Shown one piece after another: positions 29,087-37,434 of a stretch of DNA of 64,000 nucleotides (positions are counted from its first letter, which is position 1; every line of letters begins with the position of its first letter). The DNA is taken from NCBI GenBank assembly GCA_001792535.1, contig MGGS01000002.1, forward strand, positions 7,155 through 71,154. Direction: 5' to 3'. The stretch is from Candidatus Woesebacteria bacterium RIFCSPHIGHO2_02_FULL_42_20. GTDB lineage: Bacteria > Patescibacteriota > Microgenomatia > UBA8517. The notes under the pieces are model-generated. The model had not been told where the DNA came from and made no database searches. It saw only the letters and a program-made list of their open reading frames with translations. A program made the translations under genes and the position numbers.

Positions 29087-30055
29087 ATGCCGGATTATGA
29101 ACCGGGTGCACAACAGATAGAAGTTGACCTTTCGGGCAAAAGCGAATTTGCTCGTCTGTTGCATGAGAAAGCAAACACCCCCCCCGAAACTCCGTTGAAT
29201 GAAATTGCCGCCAATGGATATGAAGTTTGGTATTCTTTACTTGAGAGCACTAGAGCTTCGCCTCGTGATTTACGGGACTTTTTGGTTTGGAATGTGGACT
29301 GGTTGCAGAGAGAATCTGATGATGGAGCAAAAAATCTTGTGGAAGTGCAGCTTAAGGCGATAGCCGGACTTGACGGCGATGACACGTATGTTACTGATGT
29401 TGTATCCATGCTGGATAGCTCAGTTAGAACTAATGAAAGAGCAGCGGCATATGATCAGGAAATGATAGATGCGCAGGATGCCTCACTTTTGAAAAGATTG
29501 GCAAATAAACTTGGCATTTCGACAGAAAAGGATCGCTTGATGCAGGTTAAAGGAAAAAACTCAAAGAGGGCAGTGGGTCATAAAGTTTTATTGAGGCAAT
29601 ATTTGGATGACGAACTAACTAAAAGAATTGTTACTCATCAGCCTGGTTACGACGAGGTTGCCCGGCCGTGGAATGAGCTACCCAGAGCTGAACCAGTAGT
29701 TCAACCCACCGATGTTGTGGATATTCAAGTGCTAATGCTTAGCGGACCTGATAAAAGACTGGGCCATCTTGAATTTTATCTCGAGAAAGCAGCTGAAGCT
29801 TTTTCACAACTGGGTATTGATGTGGATGAGGTGCCTTATCAAGTAGCCTTGCTTGACCTTAGAGTCTCTGGTGGCAAAAAGGGGTTCGCAAGACAGTTTG
29901 TCGAGGCTCAAGTCGGGGAGAGAATAAACGGTTCATTGCGAGCAAAAGATCAAAAGGGTCGTGAAAGTCAATATAATCAAGCTTCAAACTGGCAGCAGTT
30001 TGCAGATCTGCTTCCTCCAGCTCCAACAAGCGACTTCGGCACTGCGTTTAGTTGA
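29087..30055 (+). CDS. hypothetical protein
   Basis: ~322 aa from ATG 29087 (MPDYEPGAQQ); the track ORF from 28940 includes the dnaJ-remnant region in another frame; GC visibly higher than flanks. Confidence 0.5.
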   Translation: MPDYEPGAQQIEVDLSGKSEFARLLHEKANTPPETPLNEIAANGYEVWYSLLESTRASPRDLRDFLVWNVDWLQRESDDGAKNLVEVQLKAIAGLDGDDTYVTDVVSMLDSSVRTNERAAAYDQEMIDAQDASLLKRLANKLGISTEKDRLMQVKGKNSKRAVGHKVLLRQYLDDELTKRIVTHQPGYDEVARPWNELPRAEPVVQPTDVVDIQVLMLSGPDKRLGHLEFYLEKAAEAFSQLGIDVDEVPYQVALLDLRVSGGKKGFARQFVEAQVGERINGSLRAKDQKGRESQYNQASNWQQFADLLPPAPTSDFGTAFS

Positions 30056-30316
30056 TTAAAACTTGTATATTCCGCCTCTGTAGCCAACTTTTCGGATCCA
30101 AATTTCATTTTTAGTTTTGTCGGCTTCAAATAATGCTCTAATTCTGCCCGATCTCAATCTGAAGAAGCTATTTACGCCGGAAATTGGCTTTATATCCAAA
30201 TTATTTGGGAAAGGGTAAGTCAGTTTAGAAACTTTTTGGAGTGTGTTTTTAACGTCTTTTTTTGCAATTTTTTCTAAATCTTTTTCTGCTTTTGAAGTAA
30301 AGAAGACGCTATACAT
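30056..30316 (-). CDS. RelE/ParE-family toxin
   Basis: 86 aa; FRLRSGRIRALFEADKTKNEIWIRKVGYR matches RelE/ParE C-terminal core; overlaps upstream antitoxin by 8 nt. Confidence 0.75.
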   Translation of the reverse strand: MYSVFFTSKAEKDLEKIAKKDVKNTLQKVSKLTYPFPNNLDIKPISGVNSFFRLRSGRIRALFEADKTKNEIWIRKVGYRGGIYKF

Positions 30317-30575
30317 ACTTTTTGAGTATCTTCTCTAGTGGAATTCCCTTTCCTCTTTTCACTTTAAACAACTTTTCTGCCTCACTCTGATCTCTACGGT
30401 CCTCGAGCAGCTCCTGTAGGAGTATAAACTCGTTGAGATTAAGAATAACAGCTTTTGGTTTAGATCTGTGGAAAATATAAGCCAAGCCTTCATTTTCGAC
30501 CTGCTTTAAGAGTCCAAGCGCGTTCTCGCGCATATCGGTTATAGTTTTGACATTCTTTAATGTTGGTATTAACAT
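30309..30575 (-). CDS. Phd/YefM-family antitoxin
   Basis: 88 aa; TITDMRENALGLLKQVENEGLAYIFHRSKPKAVIL. Confidence 0.75.
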   Translation of the reverse strand: MLIPTLKNVKTITDMRENALGLLKQVENEGLAYIFHRSKPKAVILNLNEFILLQELLEDRRDQSEAEKLFKVKRGKGIPLEKILKKYV

Positions 30576-30671
30576 AAGATTAATATAGAGAAATATCTAA
30601 GGTTTGTCAAGACATTGACTTAAGATAAATTTAGACCTAAACTATAGCAGGTTAAAAAGGTTGTTGTGATT

Positions 30672-30700
30672 GGTGGGGTGACCCACCATTTTTAATAAAT
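30672..30700 (+). promoter_or_regulatory. leader hairpin + U-tract (terminator/attenuator-like) upstream of nusA
   Basis: GGTGGG-GTGA-CCCACC perfect 6-bp stem followed by ATTTTTAAT, 13-41 nt upstream of nusA ATG. Confidence 0.4.
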
Positions 30701-30712
30701 AAGCTAAAAATT

Positions 30713-31744
30713 ATGGTAGCGCAGACGGCCAGAACAGAATTTGCACAAGCTCTCAAAGCAGTTGCTACGGAGCGGGGGCTTGATGTGGACGTTATTCTCG
30801 ACACTATCAAGCAGGCAATTATAGCAGCGTATAAAAGAGACGCCCGTGACCGCGGTGAGGAGGTTGAAGAACTTGTTTATGAAGTGGAACTTGATCCGGT
30901 TTCCGGCGAAGCCAAAATTTTTTCGTTTGAAGAAGGCAAGGAAAAGAAGAAAAAAGACATTACCCCTCCCGGTTTTGGCCGAATAGCTGCCCAGACTGCG
31001 AAACAGGTTATTCACCAAAAAATTCGCGAGGCGGAAAAGGACGCTGTCTTAGGGGAATTTTCCGATAGGATGGGGTCACTCGTGTCGGGTATGATACTTC
31101 GCTTTGACGGGCCAAATGTGCGGATCGACTTGGGTAGAACAGAAGCTTTAATGCCCGCCGAGGAGAGGATCCCTAATGAGCGGCTTTCATTGAGCCAAAG
31201 GCTTACATTCCTTCTGAAAAATATTGTCGAAGGCCCGAGAGGAAAAGACGTGATATTGTCTCGATCCGACCCTGAGTTTGTTAAACGGCTTTTTAGCCGT
31301 GAGGTCCCGGAACTTTCAAATGGAAGCATTGAAGTGAAAGAGATTGTTAGAGAGGCTGGGGTGAGGACAAAAATTGCCGTTGTGTCGAGTCAGTCGGGAG
31401 TAGATCCGGTGGGTTCGTGTGTCGGCCAAAAAGGTGTCCGCGTGCAGGCCGTAACAAATGAGCTGGGAGGAGAAAGGGTAGATATCATTCCTTGGACTGA
31501 CAACATAAAAGACTTGATTAAATCGGCGCTGGCTCCCGCCGAGATAGATTCAATTACGATTACAAAAACGACAGCTACCGCAAAAGTGACTGTCCCCGAA
31601 GACCAGTTGTCAATTGCTATCGGTAAAGACGGTCAAAATGTGCGTCTTGCAAGTAAGCTTGTCGGGGTTAAAATCGATGTTGTATCCTCTGGTAAAAGTT
31701 CAGATAAGCTTGACCAAGGGAAAAAAGAAGTAAAGAAGTCCTAG
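30713..31744 (+). CDS. nusA: transcription termination/antitermination factor NusA
   Basis: 343 aa; N-terminal domain, S1 (GSLVSGMILRF), two KH domains. Confidence 0.92.
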   Translation: MVAQTARTEFAQALKAVATERGLDVDVILDTIKQAIIAAYKRDARDRGEEVEELVYEVELDPVSGEAKIFSFEEGKEKKKKDITPPGFGRIAAQTAKQVIHQKIREAEKDAVLGEFSDRMGSLVSGMILRFDGPNVRIDLGRTEALMPAEERIPNERLSLSQRLTFLLKNIVEGPRGKDVILSRSDPEFVKRLFSREVPELSNGSIEVKEIVREAGVRTKIAVVSSQSGVDPVGSCVGQKGVRVQAVTNELGGERVDIIPWTDNIKDLIKSALAPAEIDSITITKTTATAKVTVPEDQLSIAIGKDGQNVRLASKLVGVKIDVVSSGKSSDKLDQGKKEVKKS

Positions 31745-31779
31745 ATCAAAAATGTATCTAGATAACGTCTTTTATTATT

Positions 31780-33153
31780 ATGAAGAAACCAAGGCCGCCA
31801 GTTGTGACTGTTCTGGGCCATGTGGATCACGGCAAGACAACCCTTCTTGATTATATCAGGAAATCTTCTGTGGCTAAAAAGGAGGCAGGTGGGATTACCC
31901 AGACCATCGGTGCTTCGGTAATTAAAACGGATGGTAAGGAAATTACTTTTATAGACACGCCCGGTCACGCAGCATTTTCGCAGATGAGAGCCCGAGGGGC
32001 GCGTCTTGCCGATCTTGTTGTCCTTGTCGTTGCTGCCGACGACGGAGTTAAGCCTCAAACTATAGAAGCCCTGAAATACATGATGGAGGTAAATTCACCA
32101 TTTGTAGTGGCTTTTACAAAGGTAGACTTGCCGTCGGCAGACGTGGAGAAGGCCAAAGGCGAACTTGAAAAACTTGGAGTGCTTTTTGAAGGTCGCGGTG
32201 GAAACACTCCTTTTGTGGCAGTTTCGGCGAAAGCGGGAACCGGTGTGGGGGACCTTTTGGAAACAATTGTCCTCATGGCGCAGGTTATAGGGATCTCCGG
32301 GGATCTAGATGCTAATCTGGAAGCTTTTGTTATCGAAACACAAAGAGGTAAGTCGGGAGTGCTGGTTTCGGTAATTGTTAAAAATGGGAAGGTAAAAGTA
32401 GCGGATACTGTTTACTGTGGTACGCTTGCAGCCAAAGTGCGGGGCTTGTTTGATTTTCAAGGTAAAAGTATCAAAGAAAGCTTTCCCGGCTACCCCTGCC
32501 AGATATTAGGTTTTTCTGCTCTTGCGGGTGTGGGAAGCAAGATTAGTGATCAGCCAAGCTTTGTTGTAGAGCAAAAGATTGCTGTTGATGAATACGGTGG
32601 GGGAGGTTTACCGGTTGTACTCAAGGCAAGTAACAGCGGCTCACTGGAGGCTGTTTCAGCCAGTATACCCGAAGGCGTGAATATTGTGGCTAAAAGTGTT
32701 GGCAATGTGACTCAAAGTGATGTTTTTCTTGCCAAAAATTCGAATGCGAACATTTATGCTTTTGAATCGAAAGCAAATTCGGACGTAAAAAGGCTGTCCG
32801 AGACAGAAGGGGTTAAAATTTTTGAATTCAAGATCATCTATGAGCTTTTTGATGCACTGACCAAAATTATCGAAGAAGGGGTCGAGAAGATTTTGGGTAA
32901 AGCACAGGTTTTGGCGAGTTTCCCGTATGAAAAAAGGAAAGTCGCTGGTTGCAAGATGATTGAGGGCATGATAAATAGGTCGAGTAAATTAAAACTCGTT
33001 CGGGGGGAAGACTCTGTCGGCAGCGTGAAACCAATTTCCCTTAAGAAAGGCAAATCGGACGTGAATGAAGTTAGGCAGGGTGAGGAATTTGGGATAATTT
33101 TTGAGCCACAACTTGAATTTAAAAGTGGCGATGTGTTACTATCGGTGCAATAA
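31780..33153 (+). CDS. infB: translation initiation factor IF-2 (compact form: G domain + C-terminal domains)
   Basis: 457 aa; G1 GHVDHGKTTLLD, DTPGH, NKVD-equivalent TKVD; lacks long N-terminal region. Confidence 0.92.
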   Translation: MKKPRPPVVTVLGHVDHGKTTLLDYIRKSSVAKKEAGGITQTIGASVIKTDGKEITFIDTPGHAAFSQMRARGARLADLVVLVVAADDGVKPQTIEALKYMMEVNSPFVVAFTKVDLPSADVEKAKGELEKLGVLFEGRGGNTPFVAVSAKAGTGVGDLLETIVLMAQVIGISGDLDANLEAFVIETQRGKSGVLVSVIVKNGKVKVADTVYCGTLAAKVRGLFDFQGKSIKESFPGYPCQILGFSALAGVGSKISDQPSFVVEQKIAVDEYGGGGLPVVLKASNSGSLEAVSASIPEGVNIVAKSVGNVTQSDVFLAKNSNANIYAFESKANSDVKRLSETEGVKIFEFKIIYELFDALTKIIEEGVEKILGKAQVLASFPYEKRKVAGCKMIEGMINRSSKLKLVRGEDSVGSVKPISLKKGKSDVNEVRQGEEFGIIFEPQLEFKSGDVLLSVQ

Positions 33154-33155
33154 CT

Positions 33156-34010
33156 ATGGGTGACCAGCTTAAACCTATAATTGATGACAGCAGATCTATT
33201 TTGTTGCTACTGCCGGTAAATCCCACATTTGATCAGGTGGCCGGAGGGCTCGGGATGTACCTTTCGCTGAAGGGTTCAAAGGAAGTAAGTATTGCCTGCG
33301 AGTCGCCAATGACAGTTGAACACAACCGTCTGGTGGGAGTCAATAAGATATCGTCCGAAATTGGCGACAAAAACTTGGTAATCAGATTCAAAAATTATCA
33401 TGCAAATAATATAGAGCGGGTTAGTTATGATATTGAAAACGGTGAATTTCGTTTGACAGTGATCCCGAAGCCTAAAAACGCCGCGCCCATGCGGGAGCAC
33501 GTGCATTTGAATTACTCCGGAGTAGCTGCATCGACTATGCTTTTGGTTGGTGGCAGCCACGAAGATCAATTTCCGATGCTTAAAGCTTCTGAAGTAACAG
33601 GATTGAAAAAAGTTCACATAGGTGTGCGAAGCATTAGTCTGACTGGGAGCCAAAATATACTGTCTTTGGCGAGGGTTGCCTCAAGTGTTTCGGAACTCAT
33701 TGCTCGCTTACTTCGAGAGTCGGGCTTTAGCATCGACGCCGATGTCGCGACAAACTTGCTTATGGGAATTGAAGAGGAGACCAGAAACTTTACCACTCCC
33801 GAGGTTAGCGCGGAGACATTTGAAGTTGTTTCCGTGTTAATGAGATCGGGTGGCGCGAGGAAACCTAAAAATCTTCCGGATGCGAGATTCTTCCCACCGG
33901 GTGCAATTCCGGGCGAAAAACTTCACCCGGTTGAAGAAGTGGAAAAAAATGAGATCCCCAAAGCTTGGATGGAAAAACCGCCGGTTTATAAAGGTACAAG
34001 TATTAGTTGA
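33156..34010 (+). CDS. DHH-family phosphoesterase-like protein (NrnA-like position downstream of infB; DHH motif degenerate)
   Basis: 284 aa; N-terminal ILLLLPVNPTFDQVAGGLGMYLSL resembles DHH motif I/II region; no intact DHH triad. Confidence 0.4.
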   Translation: MGDQLKPIIDDSRSILLLLPVNPTFDQVAGGLGMYLSLKGSKEVSIACESPMTVEHNRLVGVNKISSEIGDKNLVIRFKNYHANNIERVSYDIENGEFRLTVIPKPKNAAPMREHVHLNYSGVAASTMLLVGGSHEDQFPMLKASEVTGLKKVHIGVRSISLTGSQNILSLARVASSVSELIARLLRESGFSIDADVATNLLMGIEEETRNFTTPEVSAETFEVVSVLMRSGGARKPKNLPDARFFPPGAIPGEKLHPVEEVEKNEIPKAWMEKPPVYKGTSIS

Positions 34011-34028
34011 GTCAGTTAAAGTAGAAAT

Positions 34029-34361
34029 TTATAAAAGAGCCGATAATTTTCTTGGGTCTTTCAAATTGTCACAGTAACTTTCATAACGCTTTCTTGTTTC
34101 GTCGCTTTTTTCAATAATCTTGCTAGCCATGTCAGCAACCTTGTCTCTTCTTTGTTTTAAAGCATGTATTTCTTGAACATTGAAAACTTTATATTCGGTT
34201 TTATTTGAGACTTGATCCAGTAAGAAATTGAAAGAGCGCTCTGCAGTACGAAGTTGGGCAACGAATTTTGGGTCTGTCGAACCCTCGGCCCTGCTTACCA
34301 ACTCTTCGAGAAGAGATATGTAACTTTCTAAAAATTTGCGATGGGTTTCTAACTTGTCCAT
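34029..34361 (-). CDS. hypothetical helical protein
   Basis: 110 aa, predicted all-alpha, charged; in frame with and 4 codons downstream of the NTPase gene stop. Confidence 0.45.
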   Translation of the reverse strand: MDKLETHRKFLESYISLLEELVSRAEGSTDPKFVAQLRTAERSFNFLLDQVSNKTEYKVFNVQEIHALKQRRDKVADMASKIIEKSDETRKRYESYCDNLKDPRKLSALL

Positions 34362-34373
34362 GTATCAATATTA

Positions 34374-35504
34374 TTATACTACATTTACTCTTTGCTTTAT
34401 TTCCTTGCCTGGCAATCGTGATACCAGTATTGCTTGACCCTTTTTCAACTTTGGAAGCTGTTTTGCCAATCCTTTGTAATTGAAATATCCTTCAAGGAAA
34501 TCAGCATCATAGTCATTGGTCTTAAAAAGGATCAATGCTGCAGTATTGCCCAGAATAGCATCAATTTCATCTCTGTTGATCTGCTGGAGGTATTCAAGAG
34601 TTGGAATAATTGTAATCTTTAATGGTCTGGATTCCATCATCAAGGAAGAGAAAGTTCTTGATGATATGTTCTGAAGCCCGTTTATGTATATGACATAGTT
34701 TTTGCCGGGTTGCCTGGTTCGCAGTGTTAGAAGAACAGCCAGCATAAACAAGTTTCCTAAAATAATTGATACCTCTTCATCGGTTTTTTGTTTCGAAAAA
34801 TCCAAAATCAGAGACCTCCCTTTTTTGAAAGTGTCTCGAACTGATTTTTTATAAGGATATGTCAATAATTTTTTGATATATGGGCTGTCGACTTTTTTGA
34901 ACATCTTTTCCTCCACGTAGTTTAGGTAGTCAATATGGAACTCCCCGCCAGTTCTTTCCTGCAGTAGTTTCTCAAGCGCTTCCTTATAATGTTTTAATTT
35001 AGGACTGTCTAGGTATTTTCTGACTTCCTTACCACCATTATCCAAGTCATAAAGTAGCCAAAAGGCTTTATAAAGATCAAACTTGCCCACCTCCACCAAT
35101 GTGCGCGTTATCACGTCAATGCCTTTTTCGCACTTCGGACCAACCAACCCTTTCTTCTCCGGATCCAGCAGTTTGTTGACCAACTCAATAATCCCCAAAA
35201 CCAGATCGTATACATTGCCTTCCAAGACGTTTTTATCTAAGTAAAATGAAACACTTTTTTCTAAATCTTCTGCGTAATACTTGTCGTAATTGGAGAGTTT
35301 CATTGAATGCTCTGTTTTTTCGGAAAGGTTTCCGTCAAAGTCAAAGAGTATAAAAGGCTCTTTGACTTTAATGTTGGAGTTTATTAATTTACCCAGAAGA
35401 TTTGATTTACCCGTTCCCGAAATTCCAAGGAGAAGTACATTTCTTTCCTGGACATTTCTAATTTGATCAAGGTACTTGCTCACCTTAGTTGTTTTATAAC
35501 GCAA
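34374..35504 (-). CDS. P-loop NTPase of unknown family
   Basis: 376 aa; Walker A LLLGISGTGKSNLLGKL at residues ~23-38; candidate Walker B SLILDFSK; TTG start. Confidence 0.6.
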   Translation of the reverse strand: MRYKTTKVSKYLDQIRNVQERNVLLLGISGTGKSNLLGKLINSNIKVKEPFILFDFDGNLSEKTEHSMKLSNYDKYYAEDLEKSVSFYLDKNVLEGNVYDLVLGIIELVNKLLDPEKKGLVGPKCEKGIDVITRTLVEVGKFDLYKAFWLLYDLDNGGKEVRKYLDSPKLKHYKEALEKLLQERTGGEFHIDYLNYVEEKMFKKVDSPYIKKLLTYPYKKSVRDTFKKGRSLILDFSKQKTDEEVSIILGNLFMLAVLLTLRTRQPGKNYVIYINGLQNISSRTFSSLMMESRPLKITIIPTLEYLQQINRDEIDAILGNTAALILFKTNDYDADFLEGYFNYKGLAKQLPKLKKGQAILVSRLPGKEIKQRVNVV

Positions 35505-35538
35505 CCAGTGAAATAATTCAATGAGGAGGTGAAAGTCG

Positions 35539-35802
35539 ATGGAAGGAGGAGACGCAGGCGTTAAGGAAGGTTTGGGAGAGGGTCAAGAAACTGGTAGTGA
35601 AGCTCAAGCGACGGCCGATGCTGGAGCGAGATTGAGAAATGCCACGGATTTTGACCCTAGTCATGCACCAGCGCAGCCAGTTAAACCGGATCTCGATGCC
35701 ACTATTAGAGCTGGCAGAACACCTGCTGAAACTAGCAGGCTACAACAACTTTCTCAAACTCTTAAAAGTTTGGTTCAGGGAAATAGGAGTCAGAATTTAT
35801 AA
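35539..35802 (+). CDS. small low-complexity acidic protein, divergent from the NTPase gene
   Basis: 87 aa; strong SD GAGGAGGTG 8 nt before ATG; GC-rich relative to window. Confidence 0.4.
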   Translation: MEGGDAGVKEGLGEGQETGSEAQATADAGARLRNATDFDPSHAPAQPVKPDLDATIRAGRTPAETSRLQQLSQTLKSLVQGNRSQNL

Positions 35803-36266
35803 ACAACTCGCATTTGGTGGGCTGGAGCGTCTTCGGCTTGTGAACCGACAATATTTCTTAAGCCCTTCCTAGCCGGATTCGGCCCGGGTTCTCGGTCGCT
35901 GTTTTCAGCTTCAATTGTCCCGTGATTTTGTAGTGCAAGCGTGGTTATTTCACCCGAAGCTTCCGTAATCAGATTAGAATCATCTCCATGAAGCCGCGTT
36001 TCCCTGCGTGCTATTCCCGCCATCTTATCTCTTAGAACACCTTTAAGTATTTCTTCGCTTGCCCTTGCACCGGCAATGTCACCTTCTTTGAATTCGTCTT
36101 CTTGGATATCTAGGTGTAATTGGTAGTCATCAGGGTCGATAACTAGTATGTCAACTCCTTGCTCTTGCCACTTTGGTTTGATTGCGAACACGGCATTTTC
36201 AAAGGTTTCTGCATTTTGTTCACCTTCGACATGAGGCAGGCTGAATTCTCCCGAGACTAGATTCAT
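35790..36266 (-). CDS. hypothetical acidic protein
   Basis: 158 aa; start overlaps upstream gene stop (ATGA-type coupling). Confidence 0.5.
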   Translation of the reverse strand: MNLVSGEFSLPHVEGEQNAETFENAVFAIKPKWQEQGVDILVIDPDDYQLHLDIQEDEFKEGDIAGARASEEILKGVLRDKMAGIARRETRLHGDDSNLITEASGEITTLALQNHGTIEAENSDREPGPNPARKGLRNIVGSQAEDAPAHQMRVVYKF

Positions 36267-37075
36267 TTCAATGTGGATTTTAAATTATTGAGTCCTTGAA
36301 TTCTGCCGTCAAGAGTCGCCACTTTTTGCAAAATTACACCCCTTTCTGTTTTTGCCAGATCAGATTTTGCATGGAGAAGATCCATATTAATTTGTTGCAA
36401 TTGAAGCGGGTCAGTAGTAACTTGTCTGGAGCCTTGAAGTGTTCTAATGTCAGATTTAAGTTTTTGATATTCATCGTCTCCGGGTAATTGACCTATCGGC
36501 TTTAACTTGGCTTTGGTACCCGCGAGACTTTGACCTTCTTCGGCAATATCTCTATCAATCTCTTGCCTTACTTGTGCAGCATTTCCCATATTATAATTTG
36601 CTATCAAATTAGTAATTCGCGTGAGTTCATTTGGATTCGTATCCATTTCTGAAATAGCGGCGAGACGTTTTCCTTCAAGATAACTAGCGGCAGTAGAAAT
36701 GTCACCTATGCGTTTAAGTTCTGCTGGTGCAGACCGAGTAACGCCCGGCGTTGCTGCTTGTTTGATTTCAACTGTTACCCTATTTCCTTGTTCATCATAG
36801 TAATACCCTTGCCCTTTTCTTTCATTGTCTTGGAAAGGAACAACACTTATTTGTTTACCGTCAATGTTCATTGTTACTTTTTCGGAAGGAGGCTGGGCTG
36901 TTGGCGAATGCAAAACACCTGTTTCAGGTATTGAGCTTGGAGCGTTTACTACCCTTATTTGACCGCCTCCGGCCTCGACAGTTGTCGGTTGAGGTGGGGT
37001 TTGTGTAGGATCCCAGTCCTGACCAGTGTCTAGCGGCATACTTGTCACTAAAAGTATAGCTGTTTTGTATTTCAA
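36263..37075 (-). CDS. secreted/lipoprotein-like coiled-coil protein
   Basis: 270 aa; N-terminal signal peptide MKYKTAILLVTSMPLD; Pro/Thr/Gln-rich segment then long predicted coiled coil. Confidence 0.5.
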   Translation of the reverse strand: MKYKTAILLVTSMPLDTGQDWDPTQTPPQPTTVEAGGGQIRVVNAPSSIPETGVLHSPTAQPPSEKVTMNIDGKQISVVPFQDNERKGQGYYYDEQGNRVTVEIKQAATPGVTRSAPAELKRIGDISTAASYLEGKRLAAISEMDTNPNELTRITNLIANYNMGNAAQVRQEIDRDIAEEGQSLAGTKAKLKPIGQLPGDDEYQKLKSDIRTLQGSRQVTTDPLQLQQINMDLLHAKSDLAKTERGVILQKVATLDGRIQGLNNLKSTLK

Positions 37076-37158
37076 AGTAAAGTGTGTTATTATTCCTAAC
37101 TAAGTACTACTAGGTTTACTGACTGTCCGGCTGTTTACTTGGTAGAAACACTTTAAAC

Positions 37159-37425
37159 ATGGCATTATCGAAGGACGAAAAGCTTGATATAATCAAAAAG
37201 TTCGCTATTGAAAAAGGCGACACCGGTTCTCCTGAGGTTCAGGTGGCGCTACTGTCCGCTTCGATAGACAAACTAGCGAAGCATTTGAAAGATCACTCAA
37301 AAGATGTACACTCTAGGAGAGGATTGTTGTCGATGGTTGCCAAAAGAAGGAGGCTTCTAAACTACCTTCTAAAAAAAGACGAAGCTCGCTACAAAGAGCT
37401 TACACGGAAGCTTAGCTTAAAATAA
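37159..37425 (+). CDS. rpsO: 30S ribosomal protein S15
   Basis: 88 aa; [38 protein letters not shown]. Confidence 0.95.
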   Translation: MALSKDEKLDIIKKFAIEKGDTGSPEVQVALLSASIDKLAKHLKDHSKDVHSRRGLLSMVAKRRRLLNYLLKKDEARYKELTRKLSLK

Positions 37426-37434
37426 AAGTTAGTA

